Shown here: positions 29,540-43,370 of the stretch, piece by piece
How positions within the stretch are numbered: position 1 is the stretch's first letter
Layout: every line of letters begins with the position of its first letter
NCBI GenBank assembly: GCA_964016885.1
Contig: OZ024744.1
Coordinates: 68,510,001-68,574,000, forward strand
DNA length: 64,000 nt
Reading direction: 5' to 3'
From: Eledone cirrhosa
Taxonomy: Eukaryota
Notes under the pieces: generated by a model
The model's input: the letters and a program-made list of their open reading frames with translations, nothing else
What the model was told of the DNA's origin: nothing
Databases searched by the model: none
Made by a program: the position numbers and the translations under genes

Positions 29540-30051
29540 TCCATAGACTCCAGCTTAGGAACGAATCTCCCGTTTTTCAAGATTCTTTGATGTTCCACTG
29601 TTCAGAAATTGTTCCAATACCTTCATCTAGGTCCTGTGAGAGTTCTCAAACAGATGTGCGTGGGATTGCTTCCGCAAAAGCCTTAAATTAATCGTCGTCA
29701 ATGACAGAAAGAAGTCTGCGAATTTCCTTATCTTCAAGAGTGAGTTGACCTAGACGGAATTTCTAATGCTGACGTCGCACTCTGCATTCATTAATACTTC
29801 TTTGGTCCCAAACGTTATTGATGCTTGTAGCCGTCTGTGTTGCATTGCGGCCGAATTTAAGCTCAATAAATTTGGCAGTAATCCTGTTTTGACATATAAA
29901 CTTCAAAGATCTAAAACTCTGGAAAATTGATTCCATATTTTCTTTAATGATGCGTAATTTGACACACCTTGCGTGAGAATGTTTTTCTTTAAAAAACTTA
30001 AGACGAATCAAAAGCTAAATAAAACCTGCATTGATTTCTGAACAAGCTAAT
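29540..30051 (-). mobile_element. Mariner transposon 5' remnant (TIR + decayed HTH region)
   Basis: Minus strand starts tattagcttgttcagaaatcaatgcaggttttattt (mariner-like TIR). Peptide ELKFGRNATQTATSINNVW..SINECRVRR..KFR..LED. Confidence 0.7.
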
Positions 30052-30446
30052 AGATACACATTTATATGCATGTATGTTTGTATATATATATATGTCGAAA
30101 AGGCCGGATCTCAGCCGTTGGCGTCCTGACTCTTTTCATATTACCCACTCTACTACCCTAAGTATCGAGTACTCTGGTGGGTTATGGTCCACCTGGTATC
30201 TTACCGCACTTAGTTTGTTATATATACATACATATACATACATATATATATATGTATTTATACACTTAGGTGGATACAAGGTGGACCATAACGCACCAGA
30301 GTACTCAATACTTAGGGTAGTAGAGTGGGTAATAAAAAAATGTTCAAGACCCCGATGGCAGAGCTCAAACCGTTTCGACGGCTATTTCTGGACTAGAAAT
30401 AGCCGTCGAAACGGCTTGAGCTCTGCCATCGGGGTCTTGAACATTT

Positions 30447-30600
30447 TCCTGATCGTCTGATGTGTATTAATTTGGCAGAATACCTTCCATTCGGAATATT
30501 TATTGTGCACATGCACCCCAAGACATCACCTCATAAATGTGCACAATAAATATTCCGAATGGAAAGTATTCTGCCAAATTAATACACATCCGAAGATCAG
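30447..30600. repeat. Palindrome with ~60-bp arms
   Basis: gatgtgtattaatttggcagaata..gtgcacat / atgtgcac..tattctgccaaattaatacacatc. Confidence 0.85.
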
Positions 30601-30785
30601 TGGTTGTCAGGTTTTTCCAAACAATACCACCATGGCACTCACTCTGGAGATTGTGTGTATAGTGTGATACGAAAGTCGAGAGGAGGTCAGTTGGTACAGC
30701 CTTATTAATCTAGAGAGTTTTGAATTTGAAAGATACAACGGAAGTTTGTCGATATATCCAAGTAAATCGAAAATATAAAATAATA

Positions 30786-30948
30786 GTTTCTGATTTAGAT
30801 ACAAGGCCAACAATTTGAAGGAGAGGGAAAAGTCAATTAAATCGAATCCAGAGTGTTACTGGTACTTTATTTTATCGACTCCGTAAGGATGAAAGGCAAA
30901 GCTAATCTCGGCGGGATTTGAACTCAGAACGTAAGGGGCTGTAACTCT
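30786..30948 (-). mobile_element. SINE fragment (8039 family)
   Basis: B box and core are present in reverse complement. Confidence 0.75.
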
Positions 30949-31434
30949 AATATAAAATAAGGTAGTCAAAAAGGAAATGACAGATGAAAAAATATTGGGA
31001 CAAGTGAAAGCAAACAGAAAACGGCAATTTTGAGTGACAATAATCAGTAGATATTTATTAGTTCACAATAAAAGAAATATGCACTTAAAATTAATACACA
31101 CGCACTCAGAAGTATGTATAGATCTGGTACAGTTCAGGACGATAATATCATGGTTCTAACTTTTGAAATGCCATGCCCCGTACAGGAACCTAAAGCGTCA
31201 AATTTGTAACACTTGAGTGGAAGGGTGGAAATTTGTGAGGTTTCTAAAAGGTTATTCTAGAAAACAAATGTTAGGCAATAGTGTGTGAACCTCAGTATTC
31301 AAAGATGCATACTGTTCTGTGAAATCTAAGATTCACAGAACAGCGTGAGTTCTGATCCACAGCAGGATCTTTTCACATTTAAACATTACTTATGTGTCTT
31401 ACATGGCACTTATATATATATATAGCTACCTATT

Positions 31435-31580
31435 TCCTGGGTCGGGTCTCGTCATGGTGAGGAGGCTTGTGTGTTCCGTAAATCCGAGAGAGCATTACTG
31501 TCTGGAGCTTTGCTCCTGGTAAGGCTACCCTAGGCGGGCTGATCTCTTGGGAAGGTTCAAGACCAACAGTGACCTGCAGC
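31435..31580 (+). mobile_element. Isolated RTE/Expander-like 5' UTR fragment
   Basis: cgtcatggtgaggaggcttgtgtgttcc..ctcctggtaaggctaccctaggc..gaaggttcaagac resembles 5' leaders of RTE-clade LINEs (recalled similarity, not searched). Confidence 0.45.
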
Positions 31581-31945
31581 GTGTTGGCTCGTCCAACATG
31601 GCAGCTGCATCATCCGACAATTTCGCAGAGAACCAAAACCTGCCCAGAAGAACCATAGACCTATTACGAAACCGACTAGGGCAAAATCCTTTGACTTCTA
31701 CGACAGAATTTATGGTCTGAGAATAGAATGCAACTATATATCACTTTGATTATTTTAAACTCCACTTGTGACCAATAAATGATGATTTCAGGGGTGCTTG
31801 TTTTGACGATAACATTTGTTTTTCTACTAAAGCCTTAGCATACTCTGCAATAATTCTTATTCTCTATATCATTGTTTCATGTTACATCTTCCACTGAGAG
31901 AAGAAACTGGACAAAGGTCGCGGATTTTTTAGTTCAGAATTAAAA

Positions 31946-32116
31946 CGGTGGATTTGCAGTATCGGTAGAACGTCAACACCCTGCTTTGTGGCATAGAGTT
32001 ACGCTTTGCCTTTCATCGTTACAGAATCAATAAAATAAAGTACCAGTAACGCATTGAGGTCGATTTAATCACCTTTCCCTTCCCCAAAAAGGGCTTGAGC
32101 TTAAAGTAGAAACAAT
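31946..32116 (+). mobile_element. SINE, internally deleted (8039 family)
   Basis: A-box head plus core ttgcctttcatc..aataaaataaagtaccagt; the B box region is deleted. Confidence 0.75.
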
Positions 32117-32236
32117 TCTGTAAGAATTACGTTTTTGGTGAAGGGCAGCTGCACAGATTTGGATTGTTTCATTTTACAAAAAGAAAAAAAAGTTCTAGTC
32201 ACTTCAGCATGATCTTAAATTAGGGATGGACTAGAG

Positions 32237-33946
32237 CAAAGGTTCTCAACGGGGGGCATATGCACCCCCAGGGAGCGTTTCGGAAATCCAGGGGGCGTTT
32301 GGGAGCAAGGGGGTATTAGTGTCATTCATCGACAACACTTGGCTGTGAAGAAACTCAGCAAGCCTCTGAGCAATTCCTTGCAGGTGACACTTGATGTCTT
32401 CAATTTTATCAAACGGCATTCCCTCTATGAACGAATTTCCCGGCAACTGTGCCAAGATAATGACGAAGAATTCGTCAAGTTGCTCCTTCATAATGAAGTG
32501 AGGTGGCTTTCAAAGAGCAAGTGCCTTACTCACTTCTTTGAACTGTTTGACTCTATCATTGAGTTTCTGCAAGGACGCAACACAGAACTGTACAAGAAAA
32601 CCCTCGATGTGAGGCAAGACTGCGCCTACCTCACCGACATCGTCGACAAATGCAATAGCGTCATTTTGGCTTTGCTGGGGAAGAAGATCACCTTACTTAA
32701 AGCAAGGAATGCTGTGAAAACATTCCTGGCCAAATTGAATGTCATCGAAAGGAATCTTTGTTGACGTGAATTCTATAATTTTCCTAGTGTCGCCAATGTT
32801 CAAAACATTGTAAGCGATGACCAACTCCAAATTTATACCGCTCACCTCCGTGCGCTACAAGACAACATGAGAGAACGGGTTTTAGACCTTTTGCCGATGG
32901 ACATCGCAATGTGGGTAGCAGGCCCCTTCACAGCTAACGTCGATGATTTGGACGTTATATTTCAGGAGGAATTCATTGAACTTCAATCAGATGACATGAT
33001 AAAAATTAGATTTCCCAAAATAGGTGAACCCCTTTTTTGGATGCAAGAGGAAATTCAGCGTCGATTTCCACACCTACATGCAGAGACTAAGAGATTTGCT
33101 CTGCCTTTTCCAAGCTCATACTTAGTCAAGAGGAGGTTTGGTGCTGTTTTCAGACTGCACAGTAAGGCTCGCAACCGCTACAATGTAATTGCATGTGGAG
33201 ATCTCCGGCTACATCTTACGAAAAATACAGCCTGACGTCAAAGAGTTAGCTAGACTCCATAAAGTTCAAGGGTCCCATTGAAATGAGGTCAAAGTTAAAG
33301 TAAGTTGATTTATCCGAAAACTTAGATATGCTATTGTTACAAAACAAACTAGCAATTTTTTTTATTTGTAGTTGCAGTCTGACTGGACTGGAAACCATCT
33401 ACTACAATTCATTTACTCATTTGTTGTATATATTTTACCATTTACTAATAAATATACCCTCCCGCGTGGTCATGAAAACCCTCTTCCGTGGTCTCTAAGC
33501 TCACAAAGCAGAGGGAACATCAAGTTAGATATCAACATTTATTCTGTCTGTTTCATTAAAGGGAAAATTGGAAAGCTTTGAAATGATATAATTGCCACTT
33601 TCTTCCAGATAAGAGCACTCTTGGGATAGACAGAGTTGCTCTTGTATAAATGTTCAAAATAGTTGGTATCACCTGGTGGGAATACAACAAATTCAACTGG
33701 TCCTTATTCATAAAAAAGAACATTTATGTTCCTTTTTTTGAAATTTATATATTTCCTTTCAAGGAATGTATTTATACTCTCAGCTGCCTGCAATGGTATC
33801 TTTGGAATATTGTTAATCAATTTTTTAGTAATCTACTGATATCAAAATCAGTAGTATATTGAAAAATGGAAAATAGGGTAGGGGGGCGTTTCGTGATTTC
33901 GAGGGACAAAAGGGGGCGTTTGGCCTAAATGGGTTGAGAACCTGTG
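32237..33946 (+). mobile_element. hAT (Buster/Charlie-type) transposon, internally deleted
   Basis: 14-bp TIRs caaaggttctcaac / gttgagaacctgtg (1 mismatch). Perfect 8-bp TSD GACTAGAG at 32229-32236 and 33947-33954 (nnnTAnnn). Transposase C-terminal pieces LLLHNEVRWLS..AYLTDI and LPFPSSYLV..GDLRL. Confidence 0.93.
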
Positions 33947-34862
33947 GACTAGAGTTTATTTCCCAGTAGTCTACTTAGTTTAAGGCTATCAAGAGATTCT
34001 AGTTATGAATAAGTGGAATATATTTTAGCTGTTACATTTTTGAAGTTACAATCTAAAATGGATTTCTGAAAAGGTAAGGACTCCTTGGCCAACTGTATAC
34101 AAATAGGCAGCGTGTATCAAGATAGGATTTCATTTACGTCTGAGCGAAAATGTTTTCAACGTGGTAACATCATCGTTGTAGGTAGTTGATTTAAGGTTTT
34201 CGGTAGCATTCAGAGCTGGTGGAAGAATTTCTGAATTGGAGGAGGGTGGCGGCAAATTTAGTCAATTTAGTTGTAGTGATTCGTTTAGCTCTTTGTACTC
34301 AAAAATGGTCAGAAATCGTCGCTATGCTATAAACATAACATGTACATAAATTGTAGCGCATCTACAAATAGATACTGTATGTGTTTTGGTATTTTGGGGA
34401 GAAAAATATAATTGGTGAGTGGAGGCCATGGCCACCCTAATGCTCCACCACCTAAGTTCCATCGCCCCTAGCATTGGCTTCCCTTAGTATTGCTGGATAT
34501 GAGTCCCTAGTACCTTTGAGTATACCTTTATACGATAAAGACAAAGAACCAGTACTCAAAGTTGGTGTCAAGCCTCGGAAGCTGCAGATGACATATAGAA
34601 TCTTTCATGTCGTTGACCATATTCCATACTGATGATTGTAACATTCGGTGAATGTTATTGACACTTCTCTTGACAGTTGTGTCAACAGCTCACAAGATAT
34701 TTGTAGCAACAGAGCGCAGCCGCTGAAATAATCTCGTGTGAAATTCATTATTTCTATTGTTACAATAACATGAAAGTATTAATATAAAATGTAAGCGCGC
34801 CTGTGTGTGTTTGTGTGCGCGCGCGCGAACACACACAAACACACACATACATATATATATGA

Positions 34863-34930
<68 letters not shown>

Positions 34931-34938
<8 letters not shown>

Positions 34939-35251
34939 AGATTCGAAGGCATGGTATACATTTCCAATCATTTTAATCACGGCACATGTTTCAATAAGAG
35001 ATAGATCGATCGAGTAGCCATGATCGATTATCACTGATCTCGTCAGGTGAAAATGAATTGTCTTCAAATCCTTGATATGAGTGAACATCGGTAATTTTCT
35101 CCCTCATATCAAGGATTTGAAGACAATTCATTTTCACCTGACGAAATCAGTGATAATCGATCATGGCTACACAATCGATCTATCTCTTATTGAAACATGT
35201 GTCGTGATTAAAATGATTGGAAATTTATACCATGCCTTCGGGTCTTTATTT
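34931..35251. ncRNA. Palindromic element with two HHR motifs (plus 35128-35216 intact; minus arm has U16.1 changed to C)
   Basis: tcac CTGACGA aatcagtgata..tatctcttatt GAA ACATGTGT C gtga, within ~150-bp inverted arms. Confidence 0.78.
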
Positions 35252-35509
35252 TGATACAAATACTCCGTTTTACATCATCTAGCTGTTCCCATAAATGGAA
35301 TTGGAGATATACAAAAGCGTGGAGAACTTAATATTGCTAACAAAAGTGTATTGGACCGTTTGACACAACCAATAATACACCTTACTATATATATAACAAG
35401 GAGGGTTTGGCAAGATACCAGGTGGACCATAACGCAGTTCAGATTTAACTGTCGAAATGGCCGGAGCTCAGCCGTCGGGGTCCTGACTCATTTCCTATAT
35501 ATATATATA

Positions 35510-35653
35510 TACATGGACACACTGGAAGAGGAAGACCAAGTTTAACGTATGTTGATGCCCTAAGGACAGACGCAGGACATGGCAGCGATAATGAGGGACA
35601 GAGACCGCTAGAGAGAACTCGTCCATGGATCTCGGGAATTTTACCCGCCCTAG
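35510..35653 (+). mobile_element. Short RTE 3' fragment between (TA)n tracts
   Basis: Matches the last ~150 bp of the RTE ORF, with a small internal deletion. Confidence 0.85.
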
Positions 35654-35760
<107 letters not shown>

Positions 35761-36456
35761 AAATGAGTCAGGACCACGACGGCTGAGCTCCGGCCATTTC
35801 GACAGCTAGATCCGAACAGCTAGATAGCTGTCGAAACGGCCGGAGCTCAGCCGTCGGGGTCCTGACTTATTTCCTATTACCCACTCTACTACCCATACAT
35901 ATATAGATGGATTCAGGAAGGCGAGGCTGTGTGGTTATTGATAACGAGTGTTTAGAAGGTAAGGTGACACAAACAAGAGGTGGACAGTTTCCCTTTGTCA
36001 GCTGTTTACTTCGGATCATGGATGTTTCGGCACATTATAAACAGAACATCTATCCATAGCGCTCCCATAGCCTTTTATCTATCAAAAAGCCATGAGGGAA
36101 AGAAGTGATAGCGAAGAGAGAGAAAGAAAAAAAAGGAAAAAAAGAAGTAAACATACCGATAGAAGGGGGAACACAGGACAATGGCACATGTAAATGAGTA
36201 ACTGAAGAGAAAACAGATCAAGTTAAAAAAAAGCCGTTGGGTTTAAGCCCGGGGGCCATAATAACAGAAGAACTACGTGTATCCGTGGCTATTCTCAGTA
36301 GAGTTTGTGCAGAGAGAGAGAAAGACGCAGACATCGGAAGTTAGAGGGCGTACAAGGTAGAGGGGGTGAGTAAGAGGATAGAGAGAGAGGGGGGAGGTGT
36401 TAATCCAAAAGGGTGTACGGCACACGTGCAGCCGGGACCTGACAAACAACCCAATC

Positions 36457-36565
<109 letters not shown>

Positions 36566-36819
36566 GGAAGGGAGAAAGGAGGGAGTTGATCCCAAAGTCT
36601 GGCAGGAATCAAAGTCCGACCAGGAACAAGAAATCGAGCGAGATAGGTAGAGAGCATGGAGTGGAGGTCACAGCAGTAAATACAAAAGTATGGATTGAGA
36701 AAGGCGAGGTTGTGTGGTTACTGATAAATAGTGTTAGAAGGTAAGTCAGCACAAACAAGAGATGGACAGTTTCCCTTTGTCAGCTGAAAATGTACGAATA
36801 AAACAGACTCTCTCTCTCT

Positions 36820-36854
<35 letters not shown>

Positions 36855-36857
<3 letters not shown>

Positions 36858-38040
36858 TTTGACAACCATTCACGGTGTGGCTCAATGACGAATTAATTAA
36901 TTAAATAATCAACAATCAGAGCAATATATGAGAAAGTAAGTCCATAGAATCATTAGATAAAAATATATACAGTATTACCTCTCCCAATCAGCATAATAAA
37001 CCATACAAAAAATCATTTAAACGAGGCTATAAGTTTAAAATATACCTATGAAGAAATAATAGATAAATAAATGATAGCTATTTATCCGCGATTCACAGCC
37101 ACAGAAAATTTACCTAGTATTTCTAATAGCCCGTAGAAATTGACTAGACATACAGTTAATCATACACAATTAGGTACAAAATCAAAGTTAGAAGAAAAAG
37201 TGTACATAAACATACCAAAATCATCAAATATATCTCTACCCCCGTTTAAATGATTTTTTGTATGGTTGATTAAGCTGATTGGGAGAGGTAATACTGTATA
37301 TATTTTTATCTAATGATTCTATGGACTTACTTTCTCATATATTGCTCTGATTGTTGATTATTTAATTAATTAAGTCGTCATTGAGCCACACCGTGAATGG
37401 CTGCCAAAAACATATATATATATGGCTCTGTCTAGTTTATGTGTATGTAAACTTCTAAATTTTATATACTCCCGTAAGGCTGAGTAAAACTTTAGGCAGT
37501 ATTCGGCTGCGCTTTCTAGCAACCAGCCTACTCGCCGACAGGCACCAATCACAAGTTTTCTGACTTGACCACTAGCCACGTGACAATTCTTAGCCATTTT
37601 GAATTCGTTTCTGGTGGGGATCATTTAAGAAAAATCTTTGTCCAATTGAGTTTGTCTCCTGATGATTTCGAAACTCGTTGATTTATCCAAGATCGGATAT
37701 TTCCAAAAAGCGAATGAAACCTGGGGGTAGAGATATATTTGATGATTTGGGTTTGTTTATGTACACTTTTTCTTCTAACTTTGATTTTGTACCTAATTAT
37801 GTATGATTAACTGTATGTCTAGTCAATTTCTACAGGCTATCAGAAATACTAGGTAAATTTTCTGTGGCTGTGAATCGCGGATAAAAAGCTATCATTTATT
37901 TATCTATTATTTCTTCATAGGTATATTTTAAACTTATAGCCTCGTTTAAATGATTTTTTGTGTAGTTGATTGTGGTGATTGAAAGAAGAAATACTGTATA
38001 TATTTTATCTAATGATTCTATGGACTTACTTTCTCATATA
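36855..38040 (+). mobile_element. Non-coding pLTR-type element with inverted and direct repeats, HHR at 37654-37734
   Basis: 36855-37245 is inverted relative to 37245-37410 and 37725-38040. HHR: gtctc CTGATGA tttcg..cgaat GAAA cc tggg gg TA gagat. Confidence 0.72.
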
Positions 38041-38174
38041 TATATATATATATATTCATGGCTTTATGAATATATATATTCAAAGGCTATGGGCGCGCTA
38101 CGGATAGATGTTTAAAAAACAATCTGTTTATAATGCGCCAAAACATCCATGACTCGTAGTAAACACACACACAT

Positions 38175-38239
<65 letters not shown>

Positions 38240-38596
38240 AGAGAGAGAGAGAGACTGTTTTATTCGTACATTTTCATTTTTTATCAAATTCATTATACGT
38301 ATTTCAAAGATGCAAAGGTATTTTTGTAATAACCATTTCACACGTTTTCTTCAGATGAATCGAGTTGGGTATATCTATTCATTGATATGCTACTAGTTTA
38401 AAGCGCTGTTAACCTCGCTGTCCAGTATTTATATGAAGATGTACGAATAAAATCGTCTCTCTTATTTATTATACTAAAACTGTGGGCAATAACTTACGAG
38501 GAAAATCCTAAGGAATACAAACCGTTAAGTGCTTCGCGCTGTTTACGAAAATGTCGGCAGATCTTTGATCAACCAACTTTCATCAACTGCATACAA

Positions 38597-38664
<68 letters not shown>

Positions 38665-38668
<4 letters not shown>

Positions 38669-38919
38669 GTTATATTTTGGGAGGGTCATGTTGCCTATAA
38701 AAACACACGCACCTGTTAGTTTTAACTTCAATTTATTATAAATGTCCGGTCGGTTGGCTGGTTCGATAACTAGAAGGTTGTTTATATATTATCAAAGCTC
38801 TTTCGTCACATATTCTATGACCTCCTCAGTGACCAGGTTTTTATTTTGTGTGTCTCTCCTTTGTTCTGTCCTACAACAATATCTGTTTCAATACGCGTTT
38901 TCAGATAAGAAACTTTGAT

Positions 38920-38925
<6 letters not shown>
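38665..38925 (-). mobile_element. Diverged Naiad-like pLTR remnant with HHR motif (38791-38833)
   Basis: Encodes GNMTLPKYN. Minus strand: gtca CTGAGGA g gtcata gaata tgtgac GAAA gagc TT tgat. Confidence 0.7.
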
Positions 38926-38984
<59 letters not shown>

Positions 38985-39148
38985 CTGTATTTTTAACAGT
39001 TGGTCAATCAATGATAAACATTGATTGCCAGATGAATTAACTATAGAGATATAAAAGATACAGAAACTAAACAGAAGCAAACTAAACAGTGAGTGTGTTC
39101 TGTTATTATTTCTGGCAATATTATAACAATATGACCCTCGCCAAGTAT

Positions 39149-39214
<66 letters not shown>

Positions 39215-39682
39215 GAAATTAATATAGAGTTAGAAGTTTTTCAACGAACATATATAAAATTTATGTATTTTGACTCTTAAAAAAATTGTCTAACAAATTT
39301 GACGCAGCTGTAATTATTTCAAAATATTACAGATGTATATCAAAACTCAGAAAGACATAACGATAGACGAAGGAACGTGAACTTCAGCGGCAAGACATAA
39401 AAATAGATTAGACAGAATGAAATTTACGTCATTTTAAGAGGTAAGAAGAACTAGTGCACACGTACTAATAAACTAACAGTGTATATAGCATAAGTAAATT
39501 CAATACTCGAATAAATTAATAACTACTAGCAGAATGGCCCGGCGCAGCTCGGGATTTGCTCTAGGGTTCTTATATATTTGATATATATTTATCCTTATCG
39601 AGCCTCGTGCAATAAATACGTTTGTTTATATTTTGTTGTTCTGTATGCAAAATTATCTGTACACGAATATATAATTATATAT

Positions 39683-39738
<56 letters not shown>

Positions 39739-39773
39739 AAAAGGCAAATGTTTAAAATTTAGCTTCGTTTATT

Positions 39774-39828
39774 ACTGCTATATATATTTCAGTGACAGCC
39801 ATCTTTGGCTGTGACCTCTTCAGGCAGT
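39774..39828 (-). ncRNA. Type I HHR motif (same family as 61783, 61938, 50626)
   Basis: actgc CTGAAGA ggtcacagcca aaga tggctgtcact GAA ATATATAT A gcagt. Confidence 0.8.
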
Positions 39829-39938
39829 CCGAATTAGTGTGGTATAGACAAGTACATATGTTGTTGAGGTGCATTATTTTGTCAATACTCTGATATGCCC
39901 AGTTCCTGGTTGGGTTGTTATTTCACTGAGGAACTGGA

Positions 39939-40019
<81 letters not shown>

Positions 40020-40021
<2 letters not shown>

Positions 40022-43000
40022 AAGGCGGGTAAAATTCCCGAGATCCATGGACGAGTTCTCTCCAGCGGTCTCTGTCCCTCATTATCGCTGCCATATCCTG
40101 CATCTCCAACAGACCAGTGTCTGTCCTTAGGGCATCAACATACGTTAACCTTGGTCTTCCTCTTCTAGTGTGTCCATGTAGGGGCTCCCAAAGGTGCACT
40201 GAGTGCAATGTCAACTCTGGATGTCGGTGAGCATGTCCAGCCAACCTCAGTCTCCTCTGTGTCACTTTTGAGCAGACTTTTGGGATGCTCCCATACAGCT
40301 CTGAGTTTTTCATCCTCAGTGTATACTGATTAATGTTCAGAGCCACCCTCAGCATTCTCGTGTAGCACCCATCCACCATCTGAGTGAGTCTCTTGGTCAG
40401 TGTCCAAGTCTCAGACCCATACAGCAGCACAGACTCCACTACAGCAATGAAGAGGCGGATTTTCAGGTCTCTACGAAGGTCCGACTTCCACACCGATCTC
40501 AAGCTGTGACACGCCGCCCAGGCCTTGCTCTTCCTCTCAACCACATCATCTTCCGTATTCCCAATCTTTGCTCCCAAATACAGGAAGTCCTCAACCAATT
40601 CCAGCGGCTTCCCGCCTACATTAGTGATCCCCTCTGGCTTCTCAACATTCTCTACCAGATATTTTGTTTTAGTCTCATTCATTCTCAGCCCCACACTCAT
40701 CGACACAGTCTCAACCTCCCGCATCAAATCCTCTGCCTCCTTCACTGTATTTGTCACCAAAACTATGTCGTCGGCAAATTCAGCATCCGATACCTTTTTC
40801 GCCCCAACTCTCCTGCTCTGAGCCGGTGCTACAGTAAAGCCAGAGTCCTGGTGTTTCTCCAGTGCAAGGCGCATACAATAGTCCACTACGATGATAAAAA
40901 GGTAGGGAGCCAATGTATCTCCCTGGAGCACTCCAGCCAGTATCTCAAAGAACTCTGTCATCCCATCAGGTGTAATGACTTGGGCTTTGGTGTTGGTGTA
41001 GAGCAGTGATATCAGGTCCACTATCCTCTTGGGGATTCCATAAGCCTGTAAGATCATCAGGCAGTAACGGTCCACAGAATCAAAGGCCTTCCTAAACTCA
41101 ATGAAAACCATGACCGCAGGAAGGCACTTTGCTCTAGCTCCCTCTAATATCCTCCTCAGCATCAGGATGTGACTGGTGGTTGATCTACCCTCTCTGAAGC
41201 CGTTCTGGTTGTCCCTGAGCTTCTTCTCCATCTCAGGCTGGATCCTGTTAAGAATCATCCTGTTGAGGGTCTTTGCCACAAGTAACGTCAGTGAGATCCC
41301 CCGGTAGTTGTTGGTGTTAGAGAGATCTCCCTTCTTTGGCACTGGGACGATGTTACTGATCCTCCACTGATTCGGGGCAACTCCTTTCTCCAGTGCCCCG
41401 TTACAGAACCCCAGGATGATATCATCAAAATCACACCTCTTCATCACCTCTGATGCCACTCCATCTTCTCCATGAGCCTTGCCCTCCTTGATCTTCTTCT
41501 TGGCTCTCTGAAGCTCCTCTCTGGTGAAGGGCTCTGTCTCAACATCCAGTTCCTCAAATAGCCGCCTGATCTCCCCAGTGGTCTGGGCTGTGGAGGGTGG
41601 CTCTCCTAGTAGGGTCCTAAAATGGTCTAGCCATTTCCTCTTCCTATCCTCGGGCCCCGTTCCCTGGATCTGACTCGAACACCTTTTCTTCCTCCCTGTG
41701 ATCTCGTTGATGATCATCCAGCTCTCCTTACATCCAGATCTGTCAACCGCTCTCTCCACACTTCTGATCTTCTCTATCAGTGCCTCCTCTCTGACCTCAG
41801 TGTAAGCGGTACAGAGCTCTTCCCTCATCACCTCCACAGTCTCCATCCTCTCCTCCGTAGGATCAGCATAGAATTGGTCCCTGGCAGCTTTCAGGTGTTC
41901 TCTGGCTGCACACACTTTTGGGTTTGCAGAGCTGACGTGCTTCCCTTTGTTCTTTTTCCTCGGCACCAGGGTTTCACTTGCTTTCGCCACTGCATTGGTG
42001 AAGTGCCCGTACCTCCTCGTCACACTCTCCTCAGTCCATCCAATCTCTCTCTCCTCTGACTCTCCACACAGAGCACTAAACCTGTTTCTCACTTCCACTG
42101 TGAACCTCTCCTGTAGCTTATCATCTTCCTTGAAAGCTCCCCAGTCATAGATTGTTCTCCGGGGCTGAGCCTTGCTCTTTCTTAAGCTCACGCGGACCTC
42201 ACTCATAACAAGCCGGTGGTCACTACCCAGTGTACTGAAATAGCTGTATGGTTCCGTGTTCAGAACACTATTCCGCCACTTTTTCCTCACCAGAATGAAA
42301 TCAATCTGGGACTTGGACAGGTGCATATCTGAGATGTAGGTCCACATCTTCCCCAGATTCTTCCTAAACCTTAGGTTGGTCGCCATCAAGTTCGCCTCCA
42401 GCAGGGTGTCTCTCAGTAGTCTTCCATTTCGGTTGGTGTTGTTATGGAAGTACCAGCAAGGATCTTCACTGCCCTCCTTACTCAGATGTGCATTGAAGTC
42501 CCCCAAAACAAGCAGGATATTGTGTGCCTGAATGGTGTTGACAGCTCTACATACCTCCTCATGGAACTCCTCGGCATTCACATCACTGTCCCCCTCGGTT
42601 GGACTATAGGCTGAGATGACTGTCAGTCTTGGGTTTCCATTGAAGGTCACCCTCAACACTCGCGGGGAGATAGGCATTATTTCCCTCACCAACAGATTGG
42701 TTTTTGCACTGAACACAAAACCCACTCCTCCTACTGCAGCATTTGTTGTGTTCTTCACTGCCGATGTAGTGATGAGCTGGCTCTTCCTCCCGATCATCAC
42801 ACTCCTCACGGGCTCATCGTGTAGAATCCTGTGTTCTTGGATCGCAAGTATCTGTATACCACTCTCCTCGAACAGATGTCGCAACTCCTCTCTCTTCTCC
42901 AGCGTTCGAATAGTCCTCACATTCAAAGTGCCCATTTTGATGGCTCTTCTGCAGGACAAAACTGCATTCTTTATATTTGTCTCAGAGACAGCTGATCCAT

Positions 43001-43151
43001 CATCCACTGGCCCTCTCTGTGGCTCTAAGCCAGCAGAGTCATAACGACCAGGCTGCTCCTTGACAGTGTAATTAGGGGCTCTAACCCTAGTGCTGTTAGA
43101 TCGACTCTCCATATTTCTTTTCAATGGCTGACAATACCTTACCGGCGCCAC
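40020..43151 (-). CDS. RTE APE endonuclease / reverse transcriptase, ~1040 aa
   Basis: APE motifs GTLNVRT, AIQEHR, YSPT, GDFNA, IDF, SDH. RT motifs NYRGISL, QNGFR, KAFDSV, GVLQGD, FADD, YLG. The start codon is uncertain (ATG at MESRS is likely). Confidence 0.92.
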
Positions 43152-43323
43152 TCGAATAAGGTAGTTATTTAACCCATAAATGGAGTCCTAACAGGTACTA
43201 CCACCCCGGGCCAGGGCAGACCTGGGAGTCATGACAACTAAGGGGTAACTCCACATTCCCCACATCTCCTGAACTCCCGAACTGGAGCCTTGCCACTGGA
43301 TGTAGTTTAATGTCATACCCAGG

Positions 43324-43330
<7 letters not shown>
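40020..43330 (-). mobile_element. Full-length RTE-clade LINE
   Basis: Single ORF plus ~180-bp 5' leader, with (TA)n on both flanks. Confidence 0.92.

Positions 43331-43370
<40 letters not shown>

Noticed and set aside
32339-33235. Domesticated ZBED8/SCAND3-like host gene
   Set aside because: In-frame stop, missing N-terminus, and intact TIRs and TSD indicate a transposon copy.
43152-43330. HDV-like ribozyme in the RTE 5' leader
   Set aside because: Hairpins are present but I could not build the nested double pseudoknot by eye; needs a descriptor search.
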